Notes under the pieces: generated by a model
The model's input: only the letters and a program-made list of their open reading frames with translations
Database searches by the model: none
What the model was told of the DNA's origin: nothing
DNA from: an uncultured virus (IMG/VR IMGVR_UViG_3300029305_011880)
Taxonomy: Duplodnaviria > Heunggongvirae > Uroviricota > Caudoviricetes
Strand: one strand, 5' to 3'
DNA: 64,000 bases
Virus record (IMG/VR): IMGVR_UViG_3300029305_011880
In this document: one piece after another, positions 21,989 to 32,679 of the stretch
Numbering within the stretch: position 1 is the first letter of the stretch
Layout: every line of letters starts with the position of its first letter
Made by a program: the position numbers and the translations under genes

Positions 21989-22345
21989 TTACATATTCTT
22001 AAGAATACTCTTCAAATAATCGTTATCTTCATCCGAGTTTTCTTCTACTTCTGTTCTCTCAACCTCAGATATAGTTTCGGTAGATACCACAGATACTGGA
22101 ATGTTGCTAGGAATACCATTGCCAGAAACAATAAATAAATTATCTTCAGAAACCATAGCTTTTAAAATTTTTCGCATTTTAGCTTCCAAAACATCATCAC
22201 TAATTGTACCTAGTCCTTTAAACTTTTCAATAATTGCCTGACAAATAAATTCAGACTTGTTATCTACTCCGTCTAGAATATCAAATACTTCACTATATTT
22301 TTGAGAAACAGAAAATACCTGTTTTTTTTGTGTTGTATTAGACAT
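21989..22345 (-). CDS. Putative ParR-like (ribbon-helix-helix) partition adaptor
   Basis: Small gene overlapping the ParM stop. VFSVS...NKSEFICQAIIEK resembles an RHH fold. Acidic tail ending in a short helix. Confidence 0.6.
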   Translation of the reverse strand: MSNTTQKKQVFSVSQKYSEVFDILDGVDNKSEFICQAIIEKFKGLGTISDDVLEAKMRKILKAMVSEDNLFIVSGNGIPSNIPVSVVSTETISEVERTEVEENSDEDNDYLKSILKNM

Positions 22346-23276
22346 TCATCTCACCGACAACGAGGAAGCCTTCCGCATTGTCCCATTCGGCGGACTGGCT
22401 AATAACAGTTCCATTAGCAGTAAACTTCTTAATTTCCTTTTCTAGGAGCTTACTACCACCGCCAACAAACACAAGGTCTAAGTTGTTGAGGTCCCAACCC
22501 TTACGCTTGCATTCATCCAAAATATTTCGGAAGTGCTTTTCAAAAAATTTAGTAATAAGAACAGCACTTTCTTCCTTGTGACTCTTAATATAACCAGTGG
22601 AAATAATATTTTCCATCTGCCAATCCTGAATATTTGCTTCAGGGAAGGAAGAATTAATAACCTGCTTCAAATCATTGGTTAGAATATTTGCACCAAGATT
22701 GGTAGTAAACATAGTAGATTTAATAGGATTTAGCTTGTTGTAAACAGCGCAGTTGGTATTTAAACCACCAATATCAATAACGCCAATCATGGCATTCTTG
22801 TATTCCTTATGATGACCAAAAATAATACCAGAACTTTCAGGACAAACAACAACATCCTTAATTATAAAGTCTCTGCGTTCACCATTGATAGAAATAATGA
22901 TATCAGTCTCTTCCATGAAGTAACTTCTGTACTTTGCTCTAGCTTCTACGTTAGAGAAAATGGAAAGAGGACAACCAATAGCCATCACAACTTCCTTTTC
23001 TCCAGGTTCCAAAAGCTTTGCAACGGCAGTATATGCACAAACTCTGTGAATATCCTTTTCCTTACTCTTTTCATAGTCAACAGTTTCGGCCGAATCACCG
23101 ATAACATAAGACTCTCCATTCAGCTTGACAACACAACTCTTACGGTCAGCAATTGTAGTTTCATTGGTTTCATCCATCTTAGTTCTAAACATCATTCTCT
23201 TAATTTCTCCAGAGGCTAATCTTCTAACAGCCTTGGTTGCGTATTTACCGCTATCTACTGCAATAACAATTGACAT
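22338..23276 (-). CDS. parM: ParM/StbA actin-like plasmid segregation ATPase
   Basis: Actin-fold motifs VDSGKYATK, PES, IDIGGLNTN, VGGGS, NAEGF. Confidence 0.85.
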   Translation of the reverse strand: MSIVIAVDSGKYATKAVRRLASGEIKRMMFRTKMDETNETTIADRKSCVVKLNGESYVIGDSAETVDYEKSKEKDIHRVCAYTAVAKLLEPGEKEVVMAIGCPLSIFSNVEARAKYRSYFMEETDIIISINGERRDFIIKDVVVCPESSGIIFGHHKEYKNAMIGVIDIGGLNTNCAVYNKLNPIKSTMFTTNLGANILTNDLKQVINSSFPEANIQDWQMENIISTGYIKSHKEESAVLITKFFEKHFRNILDECKRKGWDLNNLDLVFVGGGSKLLEKEIKKFTANGTVISQSAEWDNAEGFLVVGEMNV

Positions 23277-23297
23277 TTTTTATTCGCTCCTTTTTAA

Positions 23298-24551
23298 TTA
23301 ATTATTATCAAGCCATTTAGTATCCATGGCAAACGTTACCCCATTATATGTAATCGTAATCCCTCTTTTCTTGAATACAGACATTACATATTGGTTATAC
23401 ATATAAATATTGGAATTATTTTCACTTATATGTGTATTAAAATTAGCAACCATTTTCGATTTAGAATCATTATATTTCAAAGATTCAATAGCGTTTTCGG
23501 TATATGAAATAGTATTGTTAAATATCTTATCAGATAGTTTTTTTGTTTCTATTACTTCTTCTTCAATAGGTTTAATATTTATATATAATTCATATAAATT
23601 TTTTTTTGCTAATAAAGAAGTATTTAACCTTTTTTCAGCTTCAGAACTATCGATTAACCCAGAAACATAACTATCAATTGTTTGTCTTTCGTCTTCAACT
23701 ATTTCATTAATTTTTAGCAAATATTCTTCAATACTAGAAATGAAAAAATACTCCTCTGTTAAAATAGTTCTTTCTTCTTCCCTCAGAGGTTGATTTATTG
23801 CAGGAACAGTTTTCCCATCTGTTACAAAGGTATACACCCCAAAACAAATTCCAAAACCAAGAATGATAATCGCTAAAATCGCAATTATATTCTTTATTAT
23901 GGATGTTTCTTCTTCCTCATCATCAGTTTCATATTCATCAGAAACCTTAGGAGGAGAATATGCGTCCAAAGATTTCTTCTCAGTATAAATGATATCATGT
24001 CTTGATATATACTCTTTTGAATCCGCATCTTCGTCCAAATCATCGGCAGACATTTCTTTCTTGCGAGGAAGGAATCTGTCCTTCAACGGAACTTTTTCTT
24101 CTGATGTGTCTTCTTTGATTTCCTCATCTTCAGATTCAGAACCATTATTCTTTAATGGAATATCATTTGGTACTGTTTTTGTAGGAATTGGATGATTTTC
24201 ATCCTGCACAAAAGAAGATTTTTTAGGAATTTCTGCTTCCTTATTTTTAGGTTCAGAATTTATAACTTCTTGAACGGAAGGAACCATTGGAATATCTTCA
24301 AATTTTACCTTGTTATCAAACTTTTCATTAGTTACAGGAATATTTTTTTCATTAATACCTAATTCCGTTTCATAAACTTCATTGTCAGAAAGAACATCTC
24401 TTTTTTGCATGTTTCGCATTTCGTCTTGCCCAACAGGCATTGGTATCCCAGTTTTAGGTATGTTTATTTGAGGCCCTACACCCTTTTTTATAGTTGGGTC
24501 TTCTGGTTGTCCCATTAACTCATCGTCATCGAAAATATCTTCGTCTTTCAC
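23298..24551 (-). CDS. Hypothetical single-TM protein (acidic N-terminal half)
   Basis: 417 aa, GTG start with AGGAGG RBS, central hydrophobic helix, ends 21 bp upstream of parM. Confidence 0.8.
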   Translation of the reverse strand: MKDEDIFDDDELMGQPEDPTIKKGVGPQINIPKTGIPMPVGQDEMRNMQKRDVLSDNEVYETELGINEKNIPVTNEKFDNKVKFEDIPMVPSVQEVINSEPKNKEAEIPKKSSFVQDENHPIPTKTVPNDIPLKNNGSESEDEEIKEDTSEEKVPLKDRFLPRKKEMSADDLDEDADSKEYISRHDIIYTEKKSLDAYSPPKVSDEYETDDEEEETSIIKNIIAILAIIILGFGICFGVYTFVTDGKTVPAINQPLREEERTILTEEYFFISSIEEYLLKINEIVEDERQTIDSYVSGLIDSSEAEKRLNTSLLAKKNLYELYINIKPIEEEVIETKKLSDKIFNNTISYTENAIESLKYNDSKSKMVANFNTHISENNSNIYMYNQYVMSVFKKRGITITYNGVTFAMDTKWLDNN

Positions 24552-24722
24552 CTGAAAACCTCCTTTCGATTTAGTATAACTTTATATATATATTATACAT
24601 ATATTTAATACAAAAGACAACTATATAAGTGTTCTAAGAAAAAGATTTTTTAGATAATATATAGGAAATAAAATAAATATAATATTAATAGCGACAAAGC
24701 AAAAAGAAAGGTAGGAATAACA

Positions 24723-25904
24723 ATGGAAAAAATCAAAATTGAAAACCTGGAGCTTAATGGCTTCAAGAAGTTCGGCAAAGCAGAACTGGACCTGGACAAA
24801 GTAACTCACATCGTTGCTCGTAATGGCGAGGGCAAGAGCACTATTCTGAACGCCATTACCTGGGCCATCATGGGTCTCGATATGTTCGGTAACAGAATGG
24901 ACCCATTCCAGGTTGGAGGTTCTCTGACATCTTGGGTTAAGCTCGAGGCTGTATGCAATGGAAACCCGACTATTATTCGTCGTATCATCCAGCAGAAGGG
25001 CAAGGGCAAGACTGAGACTATCATGAGTACCAAGACCGACTCCATCGATAAGGAGCTCTTCTACTCAATGGTAAACCCTCGTTATGTTCAGAGTCTAGAC
25101 CCCAAAGGCATCAAAAATGTCATCGCAAAGGCAATGAAGATGCCTGTTTCCATTATGGAAAGCGGAATGGATGCGGCTATTGTAGCCAGCGCCAGAATCT
25201 ACAGCGGCGAAGATTCTTATGAAAAGATTTTGTCCGTTGAAGATGGCATCAAATCGGTAACTGCGGAGATTAAGGATATCGAAAAGGAAATCCTTATTCA
25301 CAAGGGCAAGATTGAAGGTGTAAATAGCATTATCAAATTGCTCGAAGAAAACGGCATGGAACCCGATGAAGATACCGCCGAAGTATTCAATATGACGGTC
25401 GATGGTGCAACCGTCATGATTGCTACTAAAGAAGCTGAAATCACTAAAAAGAAAGAAGTTTCTAAGCAGCTTTCTGCATATCGCACCGCCGCATACGAAG
25501 CTCTGGCAACTGAGTTCAACAACTCCATGTCTCACGTACAGATTAAACTAACTGAAAATGGCAAGGAAGTATTCATTGTAACCTACGATGGTAAGAATGT
25601 TCGAGCTTGTTCAAACTCTGAACAGCTGCGAGCTGGTTTGGAGATTATCAACGCTCTGGCAGAAGCTACGGATATGGAATACCCCGTTCTCGTAGATAAT
25701 GCCGAGTGCATTCTGAATATCGACGTAAATGAATATCCTAACATCAAACAGTTCGTTTTCGCTCTCGTAGCAGATGAAAATCTGTCTACTTGGGACGGAA
25801 CCTACCTCTCTGATATCGAAAATGGCACTCTGATGCCTCGTTCTCGTGAGCAGTTGGTTCCTAGCGTAAAGCTTCTGGAAGGTTGGGGCAGCAAAGCCAA
25901 GTAA
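24723..25904 (+). CDS. Short SMC/Rad50-like ABC ATPase (AAA_23-type)
   Basis: IENLELNGFKKF, Walker A ARNGEGKST, coiled coil, signature-like CSNSEQLRAGL, Walker B VLVDNAE. Confidence 0.8.
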   Translation: MEKIKIENLELNGFKKFGKAELDLDKVTHIVARNGEGKSTILNAITWAIMGLDMFGNRMDPFQVGGSLTSWVKLEAVCNGNPTIIRRIIQQKGKGKTETIMSTKTDSIDKELFYSMVNPRYVQSLDPKGIKNVIAKAMKMPVSIMESGMDAAIVASARIYSGEDSYEKILSVEDGIKSVTAEIKDIEKEILIHKGKIEGVNSIIKLLEENGMEPDEDTAEVFNMTVDGATVMIATKEAEITKKKEVSKQLSAYRTAAYEALATEFNNSMSHVQIKLTENGKEVFIVTYDGKNVRACSNSEQLRAGLEIINALAEATDMEYPVLVDNAECILNIDVNEYPNIKQFVFALVADENLSTWDGTYLSDIENGTLMPRSREQLVPSVKLLEGWGSKAK

Positions 25905-25948
25905 AACAAAAAAATCGAGAGTCCCGTCAGGGATTCTCGATTTTTTTA

Positions 25949-26317
25949 TCATGCGAACGGGTCATCAGCAACCTCAGAAGTTTTAACCATCTTCTTCTTT
26001 TGAGTATTTACTGCATTTTCAAAAATTCGCTCTTTGATAGTATCCTTCATATCGGCCCATTCAGCAGCAGTGAATTTTCTATGGACAACACCCTTTTTAT
26101 TGAGAATGGAACTGATTTCCTTTTCAATATCATTACGAGGCTTGTCTTGAATAAATTTATATCTATTAGACCAACTAACAATTTCTACGTTAGGGTCATT
26201 ACATTTCTTTAGAACCTCGCACATCAATTCATCGATGTTGCCGTTACTGACTCTGGTTAAGACCTTATGAGGAGTCTTAATGCGGATATCTTCCTCCGCG
26301 ACAAAAATTGTGACCAT
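25949..26317 (-). CDS. Hypothetical protein
   Basis: 122-aa ORF with GGAGG RBS. Confidence 0.7.
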   Translation of the reverse strand: MVTIFVAEEDIRIKTPHKVLTRVSNGNIDELMCEVLKKCNDPNVEIVSWSNRYKFIQDKPRNDIEKEISSILNKKGVVHRKFTAAEWADMKDTIKERIFENAVNTQKKKMVKTSEVADDPFA

Positions 26318-26404
26318 ATATAATATTCCTCCCTTACTTTTGAATAGTCACTAATATTATATTCTTTCGAGTACTTATAAATTCTAAAAAAGCTAAAAGG
26401 CAAT

Positions 26405-26686
26405 AAAAAAAGAGCCCGTCAGAGCTCTGAATTTCATCTGTTCAAAAACAGCAAGCATACATCTTAGCGGGGCCGACTGCAGTTAGCGGTGCTTGGCGGA
26501 GCCAAAGGCTATGCTATTCTGCTACTGGGTGGGGCTATTCCACGCATAGTAGGCTCTTCTAACCAAGAAGATTGGCACCTGGGTAACCCCAGGTGGTGGT
26601 CTCCCGTGTCAGGAGTGGCTTTGGGCTGTACCCAATGCCGAGCGATGTACGCCGTTTTTTTCGTTTTCCCCTCTCATTACAATGAT
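26405..26686 (-). ncRNA. Candidate stand-alone structured ncRNA (~280 nt)
   Basis: GC-rich island with a -10 TATAAT at 26693-26698, closing helix GGCGUACAUC/GAUGUAUGCU, five or more hairpins, and an intrinsic terminator at 26405-26428. Confidence 0.6.
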
Positions 26687-26796
26687 TAATATATTATACA
26701 TCTACAGATTTCTTCTTATAACCACATAAACAAATTTTCTTTGTAAAAAAAATAAAAAGCAGGTATCAAAATTTTTGATACCTGCTTTAATTCTAA

Positions 26797-29700
26797 TTAG
26801 TTGTCTTCGAAAGGTAGTTCTCTGTCGTCAGCGTAAAGCTCTAATACATAGGTCATAGTATTATATTCAACACTTGTACCAGTTAAATTACCCAACATAT
26901 AAATAGGAACATAAACTTCTTCAAGCCCAGTAGAACCCAACGTTCTTGTAATTAAAGGCGCTTTCAATATGTAATATGTATATTTATTTTCTGTAACATT
27001 AACAAGTGTTTCAGTCTTGCCAATTTCAACAGAAATACTATCAGGTAAACTATCTTTCATACTGCTAGAAACGTTGTCTTTAAGTGTAAATGTTACAACT
27101 TTTCTACCATCCTCAGTTTGAACTCTTACATTATAAGCAATTAATTCACTTATATCTTTAAGAGAAATATAAGGAGAACCGTTGCTAACAACAAGAGGAT
27201 TATTAATGTTATACTTATTGCCGTTGTGAAGAATCTTAATATTTCTACCAGCTTCAATACTATCAGCTAATGCAAATTTCTGACCGATTCTGGTTCTTGC
27301 AACCGCTATGGAGATGTTAGAATCTAAGAATTTATTTCTTAATTCATTAATACTCATTTTGCCATTATTCGTTAGATTTACAATTTTACCATCAACAATA
27401 ACGATACAAGAATCATTATCTTCGATAAAGGTACTTCTAGAATAAACAGCAATGTTGTGCAATAAGTCTCTGGCCTTAGAGTAGGAAATCATGGCATTTT
27501 TAGAAACTTTTATGCCAGTATCAACAAATAAAGGAGCTCCACTATCACCATTGAATGTAAACTGAATTGTGTTTTTACTTGCAACAGACACAAACTCAGG
27601 ATTCAAGAATGTACCTTCAAAAAGAATGTAATTACTAGAACCAACTCTGTACTTATCAACAACCAACAATGTTGGGAAGAATAACCCGTTAGGCGTATAA
27701 TATCCTTCTTCGTCAAATGGATAATAGTTTCCGTACTTGTCGTAGAATCCATCAGCATTAGGATTTTCACCTTTCTTTTTCAACCCACCAGCTAAGAAAT
27801 ACCAAATTCCCTTTTCATCAACGAAGGAACCATTCTTTGTAAAATATCCATCATGCTCGAAGAGTCTTAAATTGCCATCTTCATCATAGTAACCATGCTG
27901 ATAAGGATTAGTACCCTCTAAATAGTTTCCTCTAGCATCATAATACCCAGCAACAGCATTACTTAAAGAATAATATGTACCGTGTTTATCGAAGTAACCT
28001 TTGTCTCTATAACGATGCCAGTTAGCATACATATCAAAGTAACCATCTTTATAAGGAGTATTGCCAACCCTTACTGTTCCATCTTTTTCATAATAAGTAG
28101 TCAATGGCATTGTAAAGGAATCACTCCAGTTTCCGTTAATATCATTATAACCGTTTATATATGGATTGTATCCTTCTGTAAATTCACCGACCTCATTAAA
28201 GAAACCAATGGTAGAGTCTGTAACATCTTCATAATAATAACCACTTGGGTCATAATAACCTTTATCCCCAAACATATGCCAATTACCAAGCATATCATAG
28301 AAACCATCGAAATTAGGATTTTTACCTCTGTTCAATACTCCATCTGCATCGTAATAACCCTGAAGAACAGTATCAATATAATAGCTACCATCAGCATTGA
28401 AGTATCCATCTTTTTCATATAAGTAGAAGTTCCCCTTATTATCGATATAACCAATCCCATGTTCACCTGCTTCAATAACGTTACCACTCTCAGTAATGAA
28501 ATAATTCTTATCATAAGGATGTAAGCTACCCTCATAATCGTAGAATCCGATATTATAAGGGTTTTCGCCATTCCTCTTTATGCCGTATTTATTGAAATAT
28601 CCCTTATTCGGAATTTCACTAAATGTATTGGTCTGCTTCCACACTCCATCAAATGTATAAAAGCCATTAGAATATGGATTTAAAGCGTCAATAATTAATG
28701 TACCATCCTCGTTGTAATATCCATACCCACCGTCATAAAGAATGAAAGTACCATCACTTGTAAAATAACCATACTCATCTGATAAATCAATGTAATTTGT
28801 AAATTGTGTAGAAATTATTTTCTTTTCAATATCTTTACGTCCCTCTACAAAATTATTGTTTTCCCAATATCCAACTTTACCCGTATCTGAAATTACAATC
28901 TTGTCAGAAATTTTGAAGTATTTCCCACTTTGAAGAATCTCTACAGGAATAGAATAACCATCGTACATTGTCAAAATCCCAGAAGCAGTGCTTCCGCCAT
29001 TATAAACAACGTAAAATTTGTTCAGGATATAAATAAAGTTTGTTGCTTTAGAAGCTTCGTCTGTATTCCCATAATAAACAAATCCACCAGAAGGAGTATA
29101 GAAACCTTTTTGATACTTACTTCTACCAGCTAAGAATTCACCATCCTTGTTAAAGTGGCCAATTTCACCGTCTGGAGAAATAAACATACCATATTCTATC
29201 ATGACATAGTCGCCAATTTTCATACCAACGGAATCTTTTAGGTTTATTTTGCTGCCATCATACCCGAAAGCTTCTTTTCCGTTAATATTTTTATATAGAC
29301 CGAACTCATCAATATAAAAACCATCAACAGTTCTTAAAACACCGTTGTTATCATAGAACTGACCATTCATAACATTGGTTTTGTTTAAATTAAAGGTTCC
29401 AAGAGAATCGAAACAACCGATATCCCCAGATGGAGTTACGTAGTTGCCCATATAATTGAAGCCACCATAATTAATAGATAAATTACCAAATACATCGGTA
29501 TAGTAAGTTCTGTCTACCCAGAAACCATTCTGGTCATAGAAACCACCAATATAAGGAGATTTTTTACTTTCTACAAACTTAGCAGCATCGGTAAAATATC
29601 CAGTCTTTCCATCAACAGTTACAAGACCATCTTCAGTATATAGTAAATCACTATTACTCATTTTAATTTTGCCTTCATGAATATTCAACCCAAATTGAGG

Positions 29701-32679
29701 ATTTTGTAAAAGCTTGAGAGCCCCACTTTCGTCCTTATATATTGCGCCAATATTGTGTTTGTTTTGTAACGAATCATAAAAATATCCAAACTGGATATAT
29801 GGATTTTCTTTAGAAATGATAAAGACACCCGTTTCATCATAGTATCCCAGGTCTCCTTTTAACTCGACCATACCATTTTCATCGTAGGTACCAAGCTCTC
29901 CCATTACAGAAATAGAACCATCAATGTTTAACGCGAACTTAGAGTTCAATTCGGAATAGAAAAGACCAGTATTAGAAACTTTGTAATATTGCTTATCACT
30001 AGCCTGAGAAAAAGTGCCATCTTCATCGAAGAAACCACCGCCATCATTCATTACAAAATTTTTATTTTTGTCATAATAACCAAATAGCTTCTCATTTTTA
30101 TCAACGGAACCATCAGCAAAAACTTTGGTACCATCAGCAGTATAATAATAAGCAGTATTAGTTATTACCCCTTCAATAAACTTACCAACAGAGTCGTAAT
30201 AACCAATTTTATTGTCAGAGGTTTTTACAGCCCCTTTAGAATTTATAAGGTTACCAAGTCTGTCATAATATCCATCTTCCTCAGGCGCCGTATCAGCTAC
30301 GAAACTGCCATTTCTAGCATAAGCGCCAAGTTCAAGATTTGTAGAAATAACAAACCCATCAGGAATAATCAAATTTCCATTTTTATCTCTATAGGTGTTA
30401 TAAATAACACCATCTTTGAAAATATCACCATTATCTAGTAATATACGGTCGTCATAAATTATGGCATCCATGTCTGTAGTCAAATCGCCGTATTCATTAT
30501 AAACTGCAATGTGACCATTAGGATAAATTCTACCATAATCAACTAACTCAATATATTCTTTGCCCGTAAAACTTTCATTCAAAATTTCCCCGTTAGGAAG
30601 ACTGATACCAATCCCTTCAGTATAAGAGATACCATTAGGATACTGAACAACTCCAGAATCAGTGATGTTCCCTCCATTATTTAACATTACACCAGTAATT
30701 GTCTTTTTGCCTTTTTCGAAGGTCCCCTTAACTACTGCATCATTGTTGCCAAATAACGTATAAACACCCTCAGTCTTACCTTCATATATTGTTCCATCGG
30801 CAAGAGCCAATGTGTTATCTTTCTTGTTATAAACAGAAAAATCAGAGTAAATTACTTCATCTCCATAATAATAATTACCCCAAATGTCTTTATCAATTTT
30901 AATACGAACCCCAGTAACAGGATTTTCCATATAACCATTCTTATAAACAATTCGTCCATCAAAGAGAATTATTCTATAGTTGTCATTTTCTTCTGCATGC
31001 CAAACCCCATCAGCATCAAAGTATCCCTGTCCGTCGATATGGAAACTGCCATCAAATTCGTATCTGATACCAGGGATAGTTTCAAACAATGGATGATATA
31101 CACCATCTGGGTCATAATAGCCAGTAGAATTTTCAGGCATAAAATTACCAGCACTGTCAAATGTACCAGGCTCACTAGGAATTGGGTTGCCATTCTTATC
31201 TAAAGGAATATAATTACCTGCATCATCATAATAACCGCTCGCTATTTCGTTACCTTCAGCAGACTGATTGATATCGCTTTGACTCCAGAATGGGTCCACC
31301 CATTCAATAATCGCTAAAGAACCATTGAAATAAGGGTCTAACCAAAAACCATGATAACCTCTATTGTACTCATCCATCCAGTTGCTATAAAGACCACTAT
31401 ATTTAGCAAGCATTTCTTCATCTAAAGTATATCTATCTTCTTCCTCTTCTTTTTCACCAATTATAGCATCTTCATCCTGAGGTCTATTTACATCGGGAAT
31501 ATCATTATTTTGGTTGCTTTGGTTATTGTTATTTTGATTGTTGTTCTGGTTATTATTTGGTGCTGGAGGCTGTGGTTCTTCTCTAGGAGGTTGTACGGGA
31601 GGCTGTACAGGTTCTTCCTCTTCCTCCTCATACTCATAAACCAAATTACCATTCCAATCATAAACGTTCATTTTTACTTCTTCAGCTTTTTTAATTGCGG
31701 CATCACGAGAGTAATATGCACCTTGCTGACTAGCTTCATCATCCCAAGATTTTCTAACTCTATATATCTCTTCAACTTCAGGCCCAATAGGAGGAACCTG
31801 TTGTGGAGTTTCAGGAGTAGGATTCTCAGTAGGAGGTGTTTGAGGTGTAGGCTGCTCAGTAGGTGGCTCTTGAGGAGCAGGAGCTTCTTGAGGACCATAT
31901 TTTTCAATAGTTCTTTCAATAGCAGATAAGCCACTAATCGTGCCGCCAGAAACATCATTTAATACATAAGCTATCTCAGCAACATTACCATCTTTATCAA
32001 CGTTTACGACAATAGGAGTGCCAACAACATTTCCATCAACATCCAAAACGACCTCTGTACGAACTGTTTCGGTATCAGTTTTTTTGTCAGAAGTAATCTT
32101 TGAATAGAGAAAATTCTTATTAAACAACATTTTATCATATTCCAAAGCCGTTATAGGAGTATATACAGATGTCTGTGTAGTCTTATTGGTCGATACAGAA
32201 TAATAATTTTCATTCTCTACATACAACCAAGTATAAACATTGTCTGTAGTATCAACAGAAATTGGACTAAAATTACCATCTACTACGTCTCCGACATAAC
32301 TTTTATTAATTATCTGGTCATTATTATCAAAAACAAAATTTGCATACAAAGGAGAGTTGTCATTATTGGCAATAACATTTATACTTAATTTATCATAAGC
32401 CTTTCCATTGTAGTATTTATCAAATTGTTCTTTTGTGATACTTTTTTCAATTTTGGGACCAGAATAAGTTCCATCCCTACCAATTTCTTCAGTAACGATG
32501 AAATACTCTTTGTCATAATTGTTAATAAGGGTAGTCACCAACCCCGTCTTTTCAAATTCAACCATTTCAATTTCCAAAATGTTATTATTATCATTATCAC
32601 CATCCACAGCAAATACTGGTATATTCATGGATAATAACATAGACATTATTAACAACCCAGAAATTATTCTTTTAAACAT
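26797..32679 (-). CDS. Giant (~1960 aa) secreted repeat protein with C-terminal copper-amine-oxidase-N-like domain
   Basis: Signal peptide MFKRIISGLLIMSMLLSMNIPVFA, Pro/Gln/Asn linkers, many G(Y/F)(Y/F)DxxG repeats, C-terminal PYISLKDISELI / VYVPIYMLGNLTGTSVEY. Start taken at the ATG following AAAAGGAG. Confidence 0.85.
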   Translation of the reverse strand: MFKRIISGLLIMSMLLSMNIPVFAVDGDNDNNNILEIEMVEFEKTGLVTTLINNYDKEYFIVTEEIGRDGTYSGPKIEKSITKEQFDKYYNGKAYDKLSINVIANNDNSPLYANFVFDNNDQIINKSYVGDVVDGNFSPISVDTTDNVYTWLYVENENYYSVSTNKTTQTSVYTPITALEYDKMLFNKNFLYSKITSDKKTDTETVRTEVVLDVDGNVVGTPIVVNVDKDGNVAEIAYVLNDVSGGTISGLSAIERTIEKYGPQEAPAPQEPPTEQPTPQTPPTENPTPETPQQVPPIGPEVEEIYRVRKSWDDEASQQGAYYSRDAAIKKAEEVKMNVYDWNGNLVYEYEEEEEEPVQPPVQPPREEPQPPAPNNNQNNNQNNNNQSNQNNDIPDVNRPQDEDAIIGEKEEEEDRYTLDEEMLAKYSGLYSNWMDEYNRGYHGFWLDPYFNGSLAIIEWVDPFWSQSDINQSAEGNEIASGYYDDAGNYIPLDKNGNPIPSEPGTFDSAGNFMPENSTGYYDPDGVYHPLFETIPGIRYEFDGSFHIDGQGYFDADGVWHAEENDNYRIILFDGRIVYKNGYMENPVTGVRIKIDKDIWGNYYYGDEVIYSDFSVYNKKDNTLALADGTIYEGKTEGVYTLFGNNDAVVKGTFEKGKKTITGVMLNNGGNITDSGVVQYPNGISYTEGIGISLPNGEILNESFTGKEYIELVDYGRIYPNGHIAVYNEYGDLTTDMDAIIYDDRILLDNGDIFKDGVIYNTYRDKNGNLIIPDGFVISTNLELGAYARNGSFVADTAPEEDGYYDRLGNLINSKGAVKTSDNKIGYYDSVGKFIEGVITNTAYYYTADGTKVFADGSVDKNEKLFGYYDKNKNFVMNDGGGFFDEDGTFSQASDKQYYKVSNTGLFYSELNSKFALNIDGSISVMGELGTYDENGMVELKGDLGYYDETGVFIISKENPYIQFGYFYDSLQNKHNIGAIYKDESGALKLLQNPQFGLNIHEGKIKMSNSDLLYTEDGLVTVDGKTGYFTDAAKFVESKKSPYIGGFYDQNGFWVDRTYYTDVFGNLSINYGGFNYMGNYVTPSGDIGCFDSLGTFNLNKTNVMNGQFYDNNGVLRTVDGFYIDEFGLYKNINGKEAFGYDGSKINLKDSVGMKIGDYVMIEYGMFISPDGEIGHFNKDGEFLAGRSKYQKGFYTPSGGFVYYGNTDEASKATNFIYILNKFYVVYNGGSTASGILTMYDGYSIPVEILQSGKYFKISDKIVISDTGKVGYWENNNFVEGRKDIEKKIISTQFTNYIDLSDEYGYFTSDGTFILYDGGYGYYNEDGTLIIDALNPYSNGFYTFDGVWKQTNTFSEIPNKGYFNKYGIKRNGENPYNIGFYDYEGSLHPYDKNYFITESGNVIEAGEHGIGYIDNKGNFYLYEKDGYFNADGSYYIDTVLQGYYDADGVLNRGKNPNFDGFYDMLGNWHMFGDKGYYDPSGYYYEDVTDSTIGFFNEVGEFTEGYNPYINGYNDINGNWSDSFTMPLTTYYEKDGTVRVGNTPYKDGYFDMYANWHRYRDKGYFDKHGTYYSLSNAVAGYYDARGNYLEGTNPYQHGYYDEDGNLRLFEHDGYFTKNGSFVDEKGIWYFLAGGLKKKGENPNADGFYDKYGNYYPFDEEGYYTPNGLFFPTLLVVDKYRVGSSNYILFEGTFLNPEFVSVASKNTIQFTFNGDSGAPLFVDTGIKVSKNAMISYSKARDLLHNIAVYSRSTFIEDNDSCIVIVDGKIVNLTNNGKMSINELRNKFLDSNISIAVARTRIGQKFALADSIEAGRNIKILHNGNKYNINNPLVVSNGSPYISLKDISELIAYNVRVQTEDGRKVVTFTLKDNVSSSMKDSLPDSISVEIGKTETLVNVTENKYTYYILKAPLITRTLGSTGLEEVYVPIYMLGNLTGTSVEYNTMTYVLELYADDRELPFEDN

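Noticed and set aside
26489..26689. 66-aa plus-strand ORF
   Set aside because: No RBS, and antisense to a promoter- and terminator-bounded structured RNA candidate.
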